Shown here piece after piece: positions 17,628 to 27,284 of a DNA stretch of 30,500 nucleotides. The notes under the pieces were generated by a model, which saw only the letters and a list, made by a program, of their open reading frames with translations, searched no databases and was not told where the DNA came from. This DNA comes from a virus. Taxonomy: Duplodnaviria > Caudoviricetes. Position 1 is the stretch's first letter; every line of letters starts with the position of its first letter. Made by a program: the position numbers and the translations under genes. The stretch is from positions 1 to 30,500 of the IMG/VR virus record IMGVR_UViG_3300045411_000040. The stretch is one strand, 5' to 3'.

Positions 17628-17631
17628 TAGT

Positions 17632-18543
17632 TTATGCGTCAGGTGCGTCTGAATAGGTTACAACATAACGTGCGTTACCATTGATAAGCACCTTAAAGTA
17701 ACCTGCTTCTGTGTCACCAGAGCCAGTATCGGTATCACTCCAAACACCACTACAGGTACTTTGGAGGTCAAGGATAGCACCCCAGTTGACATTACCACCA
17801 GCGGTATCAACTCTCAGGACACTCACGCCATTGGTGATTGTACCATGATAGTTATTGATACACCTAATGTGGTAGGACGAAGTAACAGTCCTAGAAGTTC
17901 CAGAGTCACTACCGAGGTTGATTTCCAAACCCTGAGATAGCGTTACCGTACCTGCGGAAGTACCTTCAAGGTCTATTGCTATTTTAACACCGCTGATAGT
18001 CCCAGCAGCGATAGCATCAAGAACTTTTGGTGTAACCTCAATACCCGTCAAGCTAGTAGTGCCAGTTGCCGCCAATGCTGATTTAAGTTGTACCATGATA
18101 ACATGACCGCTGGTAGCACTATATTCGACATTGGGTAATTTGAGATTACCGAAGGCATAAGTGGGATTGACAAAGGCTTGTTGTGTGGAATTCATTACAC
18201 CCACACATACGCCCTGGTCATTGGGACAAGTTGTCCCCTCGTATGCACCCGCCGTGTTGCTGGCAAAAACCCTATCACCTGCCGTAGCCGTACAGGAACT
18301 ACCGAAGTCTATAACGGCACAACGGTAACATTGGATTTCATTACCACTCGCCGTACATTTTTCGGCAGCTACAAGTTCTGGATAAACCTTTGGAGATGAA
18401 TTTGTGTCTGCTCGTTTCCAACCAGATGCGTAACCAATAAGGTCGCCTGCATTACAGGTATCCGTCAAGGTGATTTTGAGAGCGTGTTCAGGGAAACCTG
18501 CGATTATTACCCTCCCACCAGTTGTATTATCTGCAAAAGCCAT
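17632..18543 (-). CDS. Capsid decoration/cement protein with C-terminal fibre-like extension
   Basis: Follows the capsid gene. N-terminal AGDLIG...WKRAD pattern, beta-rich Gly/Thr C-terminal part. Confidence 0.6.
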   Translation of the reverse strand: MAFADNTTGGRVIIAGFPEHALKITLTDTCNAGDLIGYASGWKRADTNSSPKVYPELVAAEKCTASGNEIQCYRCAVIDFGSSCTATAGDRVFASNTAGAYEGTTCPNDQGVCVGVMNSTQQAFVNPTYAFGNLKLPNVEYSATSGHVIMVQLKSALAATGTTSLTGIEVTPKVLDAIAAGTISGVKIAIDLEGTSAGTVTLSQGLEINLGSDSGTSRTVTSSYHIRCINNYHGTITNGVSVLRVDTAGGNVNWGAILDLQSTCSGVWSDTDTGSGDTEAGYFKVLINGNARYVVTYSDAPDA

Positions 18544-18555
18544 TTCTTATACCTC

Positions 18556-19566
18556 CTATGATTGGTCTGAGCAACCAGTTAATACGGCTGCGCATTTCTT
18601 GCCGAGCATAACGACCGCACAGTCCCAAGCGAACCTGTTTCTGTATGCCCTTTTGGTTTCCAATTCGCCCAAGTCCTCATGTTCCATTGCCCCATTCTGA
18701 ATACCACACACGCCATAGTTCGGGTCGAACTTCAGCGCCAAAATCACTGAATTATCGGCGGAAGTGGACGAACGGGTAGCTGATTGGTTGATAGAAGCAA
18801 TAGTTAGAACACTGGAAGAATTGTCAATATGAGTATCCAGCATAAAATCATTGATTATAACTGGAATCTCATTGTATAGTGCGATGAATTTGCCAAATTC
18901 ATCTTGTCCTGTCCTTAATGGTGAAGTCGATGTGGTAGAAGCAATAGTATTGCCCAAATAACGCCTTATCCTTCTATCCATCATTAGAACATCTGGTTTG
19001 CCTGGTCGTACTGCGTCAATCGTCTCGTCCAATTTAGCACGAGATAAAACCGCATGGGTAGCATCATTGGCTATAACCTGGTCATTCTTCCCAGCAGCAC
19101 CATTAAGGTCAGCTGTAGTAAGAGCAGTAGTTTCATAGTTTGCAAGCCACTTCAAAATGCCCTTCAATTCCTTTGTCGAGGCAGTTGTGGTGGTTTGCCC
19201 GTAGATGAAAGCCCTATCGAACTCATGTGCCATAGCTTTCGCCTTGCCTTCAATATTAACGGCTCTTATATCGTTAATATCACCCTTTGTTTTAATGGCG
19301 AACTTGTCGGTGTCCACATCACCACCCAATGTGGTTAAGAGAACACCACCCTGCGCCCACACATTTGCACTTTCAGCCCACGTATCTCCAACGGTATACC
19401 AGTTCACCGCAGCCATTGAAGATTCGATATTAAAGTAGAAATAGTTGCCAACGTGTTCTTTAAAGGGCAATCGAGCCAATAAAGGGCTTTCTTTAACTAT
19501 AGTATCCAACACACCCCTAAGAACTTTGTCATTGGTGAGTGTGGAATACTGAGCTAAAGTATTCAA
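18556..19566 (-). CDS. Major capsid protein (HK97 fold)
   Basis: 336 aa with ESPLLARLPF, LGGDVDTDKF, FDRAFIYG and YNEIPV. TTG start with SD GGAGGT. Follows the scaffold. Confidence 0.88.
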   Translation of the reverse strand: MNTLAQYSTLTNDKVLRGVLDTIVKESPLLARLPFKEHVGNYFYFNIESSMAAVNWYTVGDTWAESANVWAQGGVLLTTLGGDVDTDKFAIKTKGDINDIRAVNIEGKAKAMAHEFDRAFIYGQTTTTASTKELKGILKWLANYETTALTTADLNGAAGKNDQVIANDATHAVLSRAKLDETIDAVRPGKPDVLMMDRRIRRYLGNTIASTTSTSPLRTGQDEFGKFIALYNEIPVIINDFMLDTHIDNSSSVLTIASINQSATRSSTSADNSVILALKFDPNYGVCGIQNGAMEHEDLGELETKRAYRNRFAWDCAVVMLGKKCAAVLTGCSDQS

Positions 19567-19579
19567 TTTTTACCTCCGT

Positions 19580-20278
19580 TTATTTTTTCTTTTGCGCCTC
19601 CGCTAAGCCTTCCCTAATCCAGTCATGGGGAGCATAATGCGACTTATCTGTAGCCCCCCCAGCACTTAACGGAGATGCGAGTGGGCGTTCGGCTGGTTCA
19701 GTTTTTTCAACATCCCCCGCTGTTTCTGCCTGTACCACCTGTTTGGTTTGATGGTCTAGGGCATACGCCTTCATATCTCGAACATCAGAAAACACCAAGA
19801 GTTCATTAAGTTCTATCCCATGCTTAGTCGCCAATTTTTGAGCCTCTTCTTCCAGTTCTTCCTTTTCGTAACCTTTCAATTTGCTCTCCAATCGCCTGTA
19901 TTCCTTGCCTTGCCTGACTTCAGATTCGGTTATAGTAGCTAATTTTCTTAGGTACTTATTAGCCGCCTCTTTGCCATCTTCGGGCAAGCCGTCCTCAATT
20001 TCGCCATGCAATTTAGCCACCATTTCCTTTAACACTTGGGTGTCTTCGACTTGCCCCTCGGCAGTAGCAAGTTCTACTTCCAATTCAGCAACTCTATCCT
20101 TTAGTGTTTGATTTTCAGTACGGAGACTACTTTGCATTTTGCTGTATTGAGTTTGGGTATACTTAAGTTCCTCTTTGCTTTCTGTCGGAGTTTTGGCTTT
20201 CTTGTCCTGAGTTTCGCTCGAAGGCTTTTCCTGCGAGTTTTCCTGAGAAGTTTGTCTGCCTAACTGCGATTCGTCCAT
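19580..20278 (-). CDS. Scaffolding protein
   Basis: Acidic coiled-coil immediately upstream of the capsid gene. ATG at 20278 has SD GGAGGT (track start 20290). Confidence 0.75.
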   Translation of the reverse strand: MDESQLGRQTSQENSQEKPSSETQDKKAKTPTESKEELKYTQTQYSKMQSSLRTENQTLKDRVAELEVELATAEGQVEDTQVLKEMVAKLHGEIEDGLPEDGKEAANKYLRKLATITESEVRQGKEYRRLESKLKGYEKEELEEEAQKLATKHGIELNELLVFSDVRDMKAYALDHQTKQVVQAETAGDVEKTEPAERPLASPLSAGGATDKSHYAPHDWIREGLAEAQKKK

Positions 20279-20481
20279 GTAAACCTCCAAATTTAATTTA
20301 TTCCCCTTGACAGGGGATGTATAATATAGGCATGATAATATTCAAAAACTCTCTAATGTTAATCGGTTATGCCCTATTGGGTACATTACTGGCTACGGGT
20401 ATTACATTGCTATATACCCATTGGTTATGTATATCCGTTTTTGCGGGGATAGCCGAGAGGTATTATTTGGGCTTTTGTAAA

Positions 20482-23400
20482 CTATTCAGCATCAGGTTTA
20501 CGCCCCGCCCTTTTCAATATCCGCAACTCCTCTTGTTTCGCTATCGCTCTTGCTTCTTGGATAGCATTATTAAGAACATCTGCGGACACCTTAGATTTAT
20601 TGCCAATCACAGAAATCATTTTCTTTTTAAGTATTTGCCCTGCCAATACCTGATAATTATAGAGTTCCTGCTCATTAAGTTTATATTTTTTCTTGCCATC
20701 TGTTATGGAATCGCCCACAAAACCAGGGCTAACACCAGCATCTGCCATCACTTTAGTAATTTTATCATCCTTTTCCGTAGAATAAGCATAGGGCATTAAT
20801 GCGGGGGTTTCTCTTGTTTGGGGTTCGCCAAATATATTTATTTTAGGATTTACTTTCTGAGATAATCCTGGTATGTTGGATTCTATTTGTTCCACAAAAG
20901 TTTGGGGGGCACGGACTGTAGTATCAACTGTTTGCGCCATCAATCTAGCCGTACTACTGCCAGGCATTAAATTGGCGAGCATCCTTTGAAAATACCCCTC
21001 ACCATATCTATCGGGTTCAACTAGCGCATTAAGTGTGTCTGATACGCCTGTCAAGAATGTCTGATTGGTTATATTCTGTAAAATACCGAAGGCAAACCCT
21101 TCTGCTAATTCATCCAGGTTTTTATCCTTATCGGCTAATGAATCCGCAATAACTGAGGCTTGCAAAAACATTTGATTAAATGGTTCTAACCGCTGATAAG
21201 ATATCCATTTATTGCCTATCTTTAATGAATACGGCTGTTTGCCAAGCCGATAAAACTCATCCCGTTCCCCAACAGTTCTGGGGGCAGCCCCAGTTATCAA
21301 CCCATCCCTTGCATAGATGGTTACTGCCAGTGCTACTATTGTCCCCATAGCCCAACGTGCCAATAAATCACTGGCTTCAGGATTCTTTTTAATTAAGTTA
21401 TTTATTAACTTGGGGTTAAATATTGCCATAGGCGACCTTTCAATCCCAAATTTAGCCAAGTTCACGGGGGTTTTAACAAAGGGAATAATAAGTTGAATTG
21501 GCTTTACCCCCTTGCCAATTTCAATGTCCCTTAACTTCATTATTGAATTAGCAAAATCAGATTGCGCCCTAAATAATCGGTATTCCGATATTTTGTTGGC
21601 GGATTTGATTAACTCCTCTGGCGAGTCATTTATAAGGACATTCAATCTTCCATAAAGGTTATTGCCCCTAAATCCCTCTTTACTAGCCATCCGATATGCC
21701 TCTGACCTTATGGCAGCAGATTTATTGATGGATTTAAATAATTCATCAAAAGCATACATCAGGTCTGTATTAAAGTTAATTACTCGTCCCAATTTCCCCT
21801 TAAAGGCTCTGGGTCTTGTCATTTCAGCTTTTAATGCAGTCCCTGATATTTGCCCCGATTTCATTACCTCAAGCCATGCCCTTACACCATCTGGTATACC
21901 CGTCCAAGCGCCCACCAAATCTTGAACTGCCTCACCCATAAATCGCTGTCTTGCCCTACCCCCCATTCTCGCCAGGGGAGCTTCCATCATTGCTGCCCCA
22001 AACTTTTCTACGGGAGATAAAATAGAGGCAATCGCATTACCACCAAAATTTACAACATTAGACTTAAGAGATATAAAAGAGTTATAAAGAACTTCAGTAA
22101 AATAATCACCCAAACGTGGCTTAGTAGATTGGCTAAATATCCCTACAGCATCATAACCAAATACCTTTTTAAAATATTCCCTCTCAAAAGGTCTTGGTAT
22201 GCGCCAATCTTCAACCAATGCCCTCATTGCCCTAGCCGCATTTGCCTTTTCCCAGACATCCAATTCGGAGGATTTATAAATCATACCTTCAAGAACTTTG
22301 GCATTTTCGGAGGTTATAACCATTTCCCTTTCGGTTAAACCTATATCGGTAAGGAGCCCCGCCCGTGCCTTGTTTTCCTCCGCTATGCGCTCTATCCCTT
22401 CAAACTCCTGTTGCGCCTTCTCCAGACGTGCTGTTTTCCTCGCAAGTTCTGCCTGCCGCTCCGCAGTTGTGGTTTCCCAAATCTCATCAAATTTTTTCGA
22501 TGTTGCAATTAAATTATCGACCGCCGCACGTTCCTCTGTATTAAATTGCTGTCGGATAATCATTTTAACATTAGAAAGAGATTTCTTTGTATTGCTGGTC
22601 AACGAATCAAAAGATGCCACCTTGCCTTTTTGTGCAGTTCCCCAAGCTGCCCTAACTGCCGCATTTATCTCAATTCCAACTAATCTCGCAAATTCCTCAA
22701 TTGTTTTTACCCCTGCTTCAATATGCACCCTTGCAAGTTCGACAAGGGCGGTATACAAATTCGCTTGCTTTTCAGCATTCTCTTTTAAATTGGCGGTTAT
22801 GCCAGTTTGCTTAAACGCATCCCACGCATCCTGTACGGCAGCCCTAGCTTGTTCTTTCTTAATATCGATTTCTGCCTTAATGGATTTTTCTATTATTTCT
22901 GCTCTCCCCTTACCCACAACGGCTGCGGGAGTTTCGGGCGGTTTGGCTTCAGGCGCAACAGAGCCACGCCTTTCAGCTTCCGTGGTAATCTGAGCTTGTC
23001 GTCTTTCCACAAATTCAGACTTCTCTAATCCACGCTGGACATCATCAGCCAGCCATTTCGCCGAATCTTCGGGCATATCAAGGCTTAAAGTCTTAATTAC
23101 CTGCTCTTGAGATTCCCCATTAAGAAACATCCTCTCAGCAACCAATCTTCGGCTTGCCCTGATTTCGGATGGTACATTTTCAAAAGAGGCGGGCATTTGT
23201 CCTGCCATCACCCGCTCGCCTTGTGCGGCGCTACGCACATAGGTCTTGCCTGTAAGGGGGTCATCATATCGTTCAGGTGAGCCAACATCAGGGATAGCAT
23301 CCCCCTCTTTTATTTCTCGGAAGGTAACTTTTCCCGTTTTAGCGAAAGTCCCATCTGCCTGTTTAACCATACCCGCTTCAAATGGCTCATTTGGCTTGGC

Positions 23401-25272
23401 AACTTTAGTAACGGGTACGGTAACTTCCTTCGGGGCTATCTGCCTTTGTAATGCCTTTATAACCCTAGCCTCGGCTTCAGCGATTATGGGTTCTGCCTTT
23501 ATCCCCAGCTTAGAGGCTTCTTTTCTGGCGAAAGTTAAGACTTCCTTTCTGGAAGTCCCAGTGATAAATTTAGCCGCTATTTCACCAGTAAGTCTTTCTG
23601 TGGGAGTAATAGCTTGGGCAGTCCCGCCGAATGGAATCCAATTTATAGGATTAGAAATATCAATAATTTCTTTTGCACCGAGAGTATATTCCTTCCCTGG
23701 GATTACCCCTGCCGTGGTCATTAAATTTGTCCAATCTGGCGGCTCCCATAATGTATAGGGTTCATCTCTGAAAAATGAACTAACTCCAAGTCTCCAAACA
23801 TCAGCCGCTAAGTCATATAAATTCAGGGCTTCTCGTATCTGTTGGGGAACTAATACTTGCGTGGCAAGCCATTTGCCGATATTTTTAACCCTTTCGGGCA
23901 TAGAACCCTCTAATAATTTAAAACGTTCTTCCCCCTGCTGTTTCTCTTTAGCCCAGTATTTCGTGAATGCATCCTCAAATTCTTGCCATTTCGTAGGCGG
24001 AGCGTTCCACGGATAGCCAGTTTCAGGTCTTATCCCAGTTTCTATTTCCTCTGTTGTAGCTGGGCGCATGGAAACCAATCTCCCGCCTTCCCCAATCTCA
24101 GCCCCAAGAGGCAAAATAGTTTGGAAATAAGCCGCTATATCATCATCGGTAATATCGGGGATTAGCTTTTTAAGCGCCATCCTAGAAGTTGGCGTATCCC
24201 CCATTCTACGCATAATGCGGTTAAAGGCTTCTGGGTCATTTGCCACCCCTTCACGGAAAGCCGTAATCCCACTATGGGGAATTGAATTGACAAAATCAGT
24301 AAATTCATCTGGATTATCCAATATTTCCCGTGAGGACAATATTTCACCTTTGGGAGTCTTAAATGTATTACTCGGCAATATTGTCCACCCCCTAACTTCA
24401 AAAGCCATGCCCATATTTGTCGCTATTGGAGTTATCTCTGATGGGATACTAGGTTGAAGTGATTTTGCATAATTCTCCCTAGCTTCCTGTAACCTAGTTT
24501 CTATTTCTTCGATAGTATATCTATCAAATCTATCCTGTTGCCAAGAGATTCTTTTTTTGTAAAGTTTAGCCATAGGGCTATCGGGTATATCGGGGTCTTC
24601 ACTTCTTAATTCCTCGTATTTCCGAAAATTAGATTGAAAGGTTTCATATCTATTTAGCTCTAATTGCCAGCGCTCTACTTCAAGTTTTTCGGGAGTATCC
24701 AATGCCTTTTCTTTGGCAATATCATCTTGAAGCCCCTGAAAATCTATTATACGAGTAGGGGTATTAGATTGCGCTGGATATTCCGAAACGGAAGGAAGAT
24801 ACCTTTGATTTCTTCCTGCAAAGCTAACCATATCCCTAAATTCCTCTGGTGATTTAGCCTTTGCTATTGTCCCATCGGGCATCCAAATTGAGAGGGGAAC
24901 ATTTGAATCAAACCAATCCTTCGGGATTAAGCCTGGCGACCCATATTGCCCTTCCTCTAGGGGTGTCCATGCCTTTAAGAAAAATTGCTCGTAGGGAATT
25001 CCATATTGATTATAGACATCCAGCGAACTGCCATATTGGGTTTTAATCCTCCTGGGTTCACTGGGCATAGAAAGGTCTGCGGGCTGTTGATAGTGCCATT
25101 GAGGACGGCTTTCTGATATTTCAGCCTTTGGTTCGGGCTTCGCCAACAATGCGGCACGCCTTTCTTCCTCCCTGCGCCGTTCCTCCCCCTTTTTGCGCTT
25201 TTCTTCCTCTGATTCCTCTGGGGTTATTCCCCACGGAAATTTAATTTCTTTACCCAACATTGAAATTGGCAT
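20482..25272 (-). CDS. Large internal virion / DNA-ejection protein, C-terminus LPD38-like
   Basis: 1596 aa, mostly helical, with PFVKTPVN and KQPYSLKIGNKWISYQRLEPF segments recalled from podovirus internal/large polyvalent proteins. Confidence 0.6.
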   Translation of the reverse strand: MPISMLGKEIKFPWGITPEESEEEKRKKGEERRREEERRAALLAKPEPKAEISESRPQWHYQQPADLSMPSEPRRIKTQYGSSLDVYNQYGIPYEQFFLKAWTPLEEGQYGSPGLIPKDWFDSNVPLSIWMPDGTIAKAKSPEEFRDMVSFAGRNQRYLPSVSEYPAQSNTPTRIIDFQGLQDDIAKEKALDTPEKLEVERWQLELNRYETFQSNFRKYEELRSEDPDIPDSPMAKLYKKRISWQQDRFDRYTIEEIETRLQEARENYAKSLQPSIPSEITPIATNMGMAFEVRGWTILPSNTFKTPKGEILSSREILDNPDEFTDFVNSIPHSGITAFREGVANDPEAFNRIMRRMGDTPTSRMALKKLIPDITDDDIAAYFQTILPLGAEIGEGGRLVSMRPATTEEIETGIRPETGYPWNAPPTKWQEFEDAFTKYWAKEKQQGEERFKLLEGSMPERVKNIGKWLATQVLVPQQIREALNLYDLAADVWRLGVSSFFRDEPYTLWEPPDWTNLMTTAGVIPGKEYTLGAKEIIDISNPINWIPFGGTAQAITPTERLTGEIAAKFITGTSRKEVLTFARKEASKLGIKAEPIIAEAEARVIKALQRQIAPKEVTVPVTKVAKPNEPFEAGMVKQADGTFAKTGKVTFREIKEGDAIPDVGSPERYDDPLTGKTYVRSAAQGERVMAGQMPASFENVPSEIRASRRLVAERMFLNGESQEQVIKTLSLDMPEDSAKWLADDVQRGLEKSEFVERRQAQITTEAERRGSVAPEAKPPETPAAVVGKGRAEIIEKSIKAEIDIKKEQARAAVQDAWDAFKQTGITANLKENAEKQANLYTALVELARVHIEAGVKTIEEFARLVGIEINAAVRAAWGTAQKGKVASFDSLTSNTKKSLSNVKMIIRQQFNTEERAAVDNLIATSKKFDEIWETTTAERQAELARKTARLEKAQQEFEGIERIAEENKARAGLLTDIGLTEREMVITSENAKVLEGMIYKSSELDVWEKANAARAMRALVEDWRIPRPFEREYFKKVFGYDAVGIFSQSTKPRLGDYFTEVLYNSFISLKSNVVNFGGNAIASILSPVEKFGAAMMEAPLARMGGRARQRFMGEAVQDLVGAWTGIPDGVRAWLEVMKSGQISGTALKAEMTRPRAFKGKLGRVINFNTDLMYAFDELFKSINKSAAIRSEAYRMASKEGFRGNNLYGRLNVLINDSPEELIKSANKISEYRLFRAQSDFANSIMKLRDIEIGKGVKPIQLIIPFVKTPVNLAKFGIERSPMAIFNPKLINNLIKKNPEASDLLARWAMGTIVALAVTIYARDGLITGAAPRTVGERDEFYRLGKQPYSLKIGNKWISYQRLEPFNQMFLQASVIADSLADKDKNLDELAEGFAFGILQNITNQTFLTGVSDTLNALVEPDRYGEGYFQRMLANLMPGSSTARLMAQTVDTTVRAPQTFVEQIESNIPGLSQKVNPKINIFGEPQTRETPALMPYAYSTEKDDKITKVMADAGVSPGFVGDSITDGKKKYKLNEQELYNYQVLAGQILKKKMISVIGNKSKVSADVLNNAIQEARAIAKQEELRILKRAGRKPDAE

Positions 25273-25273
25273 T

Positions 25274-25525
25274 TTATTTCATCGCCCTCTTGCGAAATGG
25301 ATAATTTCTAGCCAATGGCATTTCGGGCTGATTTATAGAAGTGGCTATATTCCCCATAGTCGGCTCGATTTCCTTTGGTGCTTTAGTAGCAGGCATAACA
25401 GGCGGCAAATTAACATTCTGCCGTGAAATCAAATCTAACAGATTGAGCAATTTAGATTCGCCCACGCCTTCGGGATTTATCATATTTTTTATATCCCTGA
25501 TAATATCCTTTTGTGATTTAGGCAT
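25274..25525 (-). CDS. Small hypothetical protein
   Basis: 83 aa coupled to the portal stop. Confidence 0.65.
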   Translation of the reverse strand: MPKSQKDIIRDIKNMINPEGVGESKLLNLLDLISRQNVNLPPVMPATKAPKEIEPTMGNIATSINQPEMPLARNYPFRKRAMK

Positions 25526-27284
25526 TTTGTTGCTCCGCTTGCGTTCTTTGACCTCGGCGCATAGCCGCCTGCCCCATTCTTTCTTCTTGCATACGGGCTA
25601 ATTTATTGGAATTAGGTTTAGAGGTCTCAATCTCAGTTTTCGGTTGCGAGGCGATATTGGGCGGTGATACAATCCCGCTCTCAGTCTGTTCTAATAATCT
25701 CCCCAATTCCCTTTTCCCGATTTCATACAATAAGTCGTTTATCTCGCCCTGCGCCGCATCTGCATTTTCCGCCCATGATAACATTGCCTTTGCTATTACA
25801 ATGGCGGGCATCATCTTTTCCAAAGCCTCTTGTTCCGCCTCACGCATTAAACCTTCAGGATTATCGACATGAAGGATATTGCGCCATGCCCAACTCTTAG
25901 GCAAACCATTATCCCTAACAAGCTCAGCAGCTAACTGGGCATTAGCTATATTTTCCTGTGGGCTCAATGAATCAAATCTAATATTTATAACAAACTTTTT
26001 CTCAAAAGCATCGAGTGATTTCTTAAAATCATCTTCGGCTATGGAGCTTTCCTCTGATATAGTAGTTTTATAAAATTTATTCCCCATTATCATACGCCGC
26101 CACATATTAACTATCTTGCGATATGCGATAGATTTATGCCTTCGGCTGGGGTTCACGATTTTGTTTCTATCGCTTTTCAGGTCAGCTATAGCAAGGGCTG
26201 ATTGCCTTTCCCCCGCCTGTCCGAAATTAACACTGGATAGTGTAGCTCTCTCATAGCGGGCAAAAAGTTCTCTAAATAATGCTATAGCAGTGGCGCTCAT
26301 ATCCTTTGTAGGTATAGGTACAAATTTCTGCCCCGCTTTCAAGGGAATGAGCATCCCGTAACCCCATATATTCACACCCCTCAAATTTGTGCCAGTAGCG
26401 TTTTCTAAAGCCATAGGGGTTTCAAATTGCTGTCTATTCAAGGTTGCCCATATCGAGGCGAACTCATTCATGTCTTTGATTGTTTGTCTAACGGGGGCAT
26501 AAATATCCTCGCCGTGATATTTAAGGTCAGTACTGGAATCACCAGAAGTTGTAATCTCATAAGGCACAAGTGGTCGAGGAACTACTTCAACGGGGCAAAA
26601 GCCAAAGTTATGTTCATAAGTATACAATGGTTCTCCAAAAGCCTGATTAAGGGCTGGCGCAAGGAAGATTTTATATGTATTTTCATCCCACCTGCAAACG
26701 ATGTCCACCACCTTTTGGGCGCCTTTTAGGGAGATTTTGTATTTTTCTTCGCATTGCGCTTTATCCATCCTGAGTAAATTGGCTGCCCATTTTTGACCCC
26801 TTGCTCCCCTATGCCAGTAAAGCCATCTGGTATCTAGGGGCATGGCTACGGGTAAATAAGTTTCCTTTTTGTCATCATAGTAAATCAATGGCAGGACACC
26901 AATCCAGCCTCGGAAGGATGATTGAAAATTAAAACAAGTATCCAGCGATTCAATTCCCTGTTCAAATAAAGAATCATCGTTAAGGTAAAGCCAGAATTTC
27001 AGCGTATCTTCCAATTTATTTTGTACTGAGGGGTCTACCCCAGTAATGTCGAGGGTTTGTTTATCTTCCGCTAGAATAGAAAGAACGGCATCCCCAAAAA
27101 CCCTGGGGTCATTAAGGATAATTTGCGATGTGTTGGGCATCTCTCCCCCAGTGCTATCGGCAAGAACTGTGTATTTTTCCAGCCGATAAGTTTGCATGGT
27201 TTCATCCATGCGTTGATGCAACTGGGCAAATAGATTCATCGCATTGGTATATTCTGTGCTGTTTAAATCGTTCAAATTCTCCAA
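25518..27284 (-). CDS. Portal protein
   Basis: 588 aa right after the terminase, with EHNFGFCPV motif. The true start may be TTG at 27275, overlapping the terL stop. Confidence 0.85.
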   Translation of the reverse strand: MENLNDLNSTEYTNAMNLFAQLHQRMDETMQTYRLEKYTVLADSTGGEMPNTSQIILNDPRVFGDAVLSILAEDKQTLDITGVDPSVQNKLEDTLKFWLYLNDDSLFEQGIESLDTCFNFQSSFRGWIGVLPLIYYDDKKETYLPVAMPLDTRWLYWHRGARGQKWAANLLRMDKAQCEEKYKISLKGAQKVVDIVCRWDENTYKIFLAPALNQAFGEPLYTYEHNFGFCPVEVVPRPLVPYEITTSGDSSTDLKYHGEDIYAPVRQTIKDMNEFASIWATLNRQQFETPMALENATGTNLRGVNIWGYGMLIPLKAGQKFVPIPTKDMSATAIALFRELFARYERATLSSVNFGQAGERQSALAIADLKSDRNKIVNPSRRHKSIAYRKIVNMWRRMIMGNKFYKTTISEESSIAEDDFKKSLDAFEKKFVINIRFDSLSPQENIANAQLAAELVRDNGLPKSWAWRNILHVDNPEGLMREAEQEALEKMMPAIVIAKAMLSWAENADAAQGEINDLLYEIGKRELGRLLEQTESGIVSPPNIASQPKTEIETSKPNSNKLARMQEERMGQAAMRRGQRTQAEQQNA

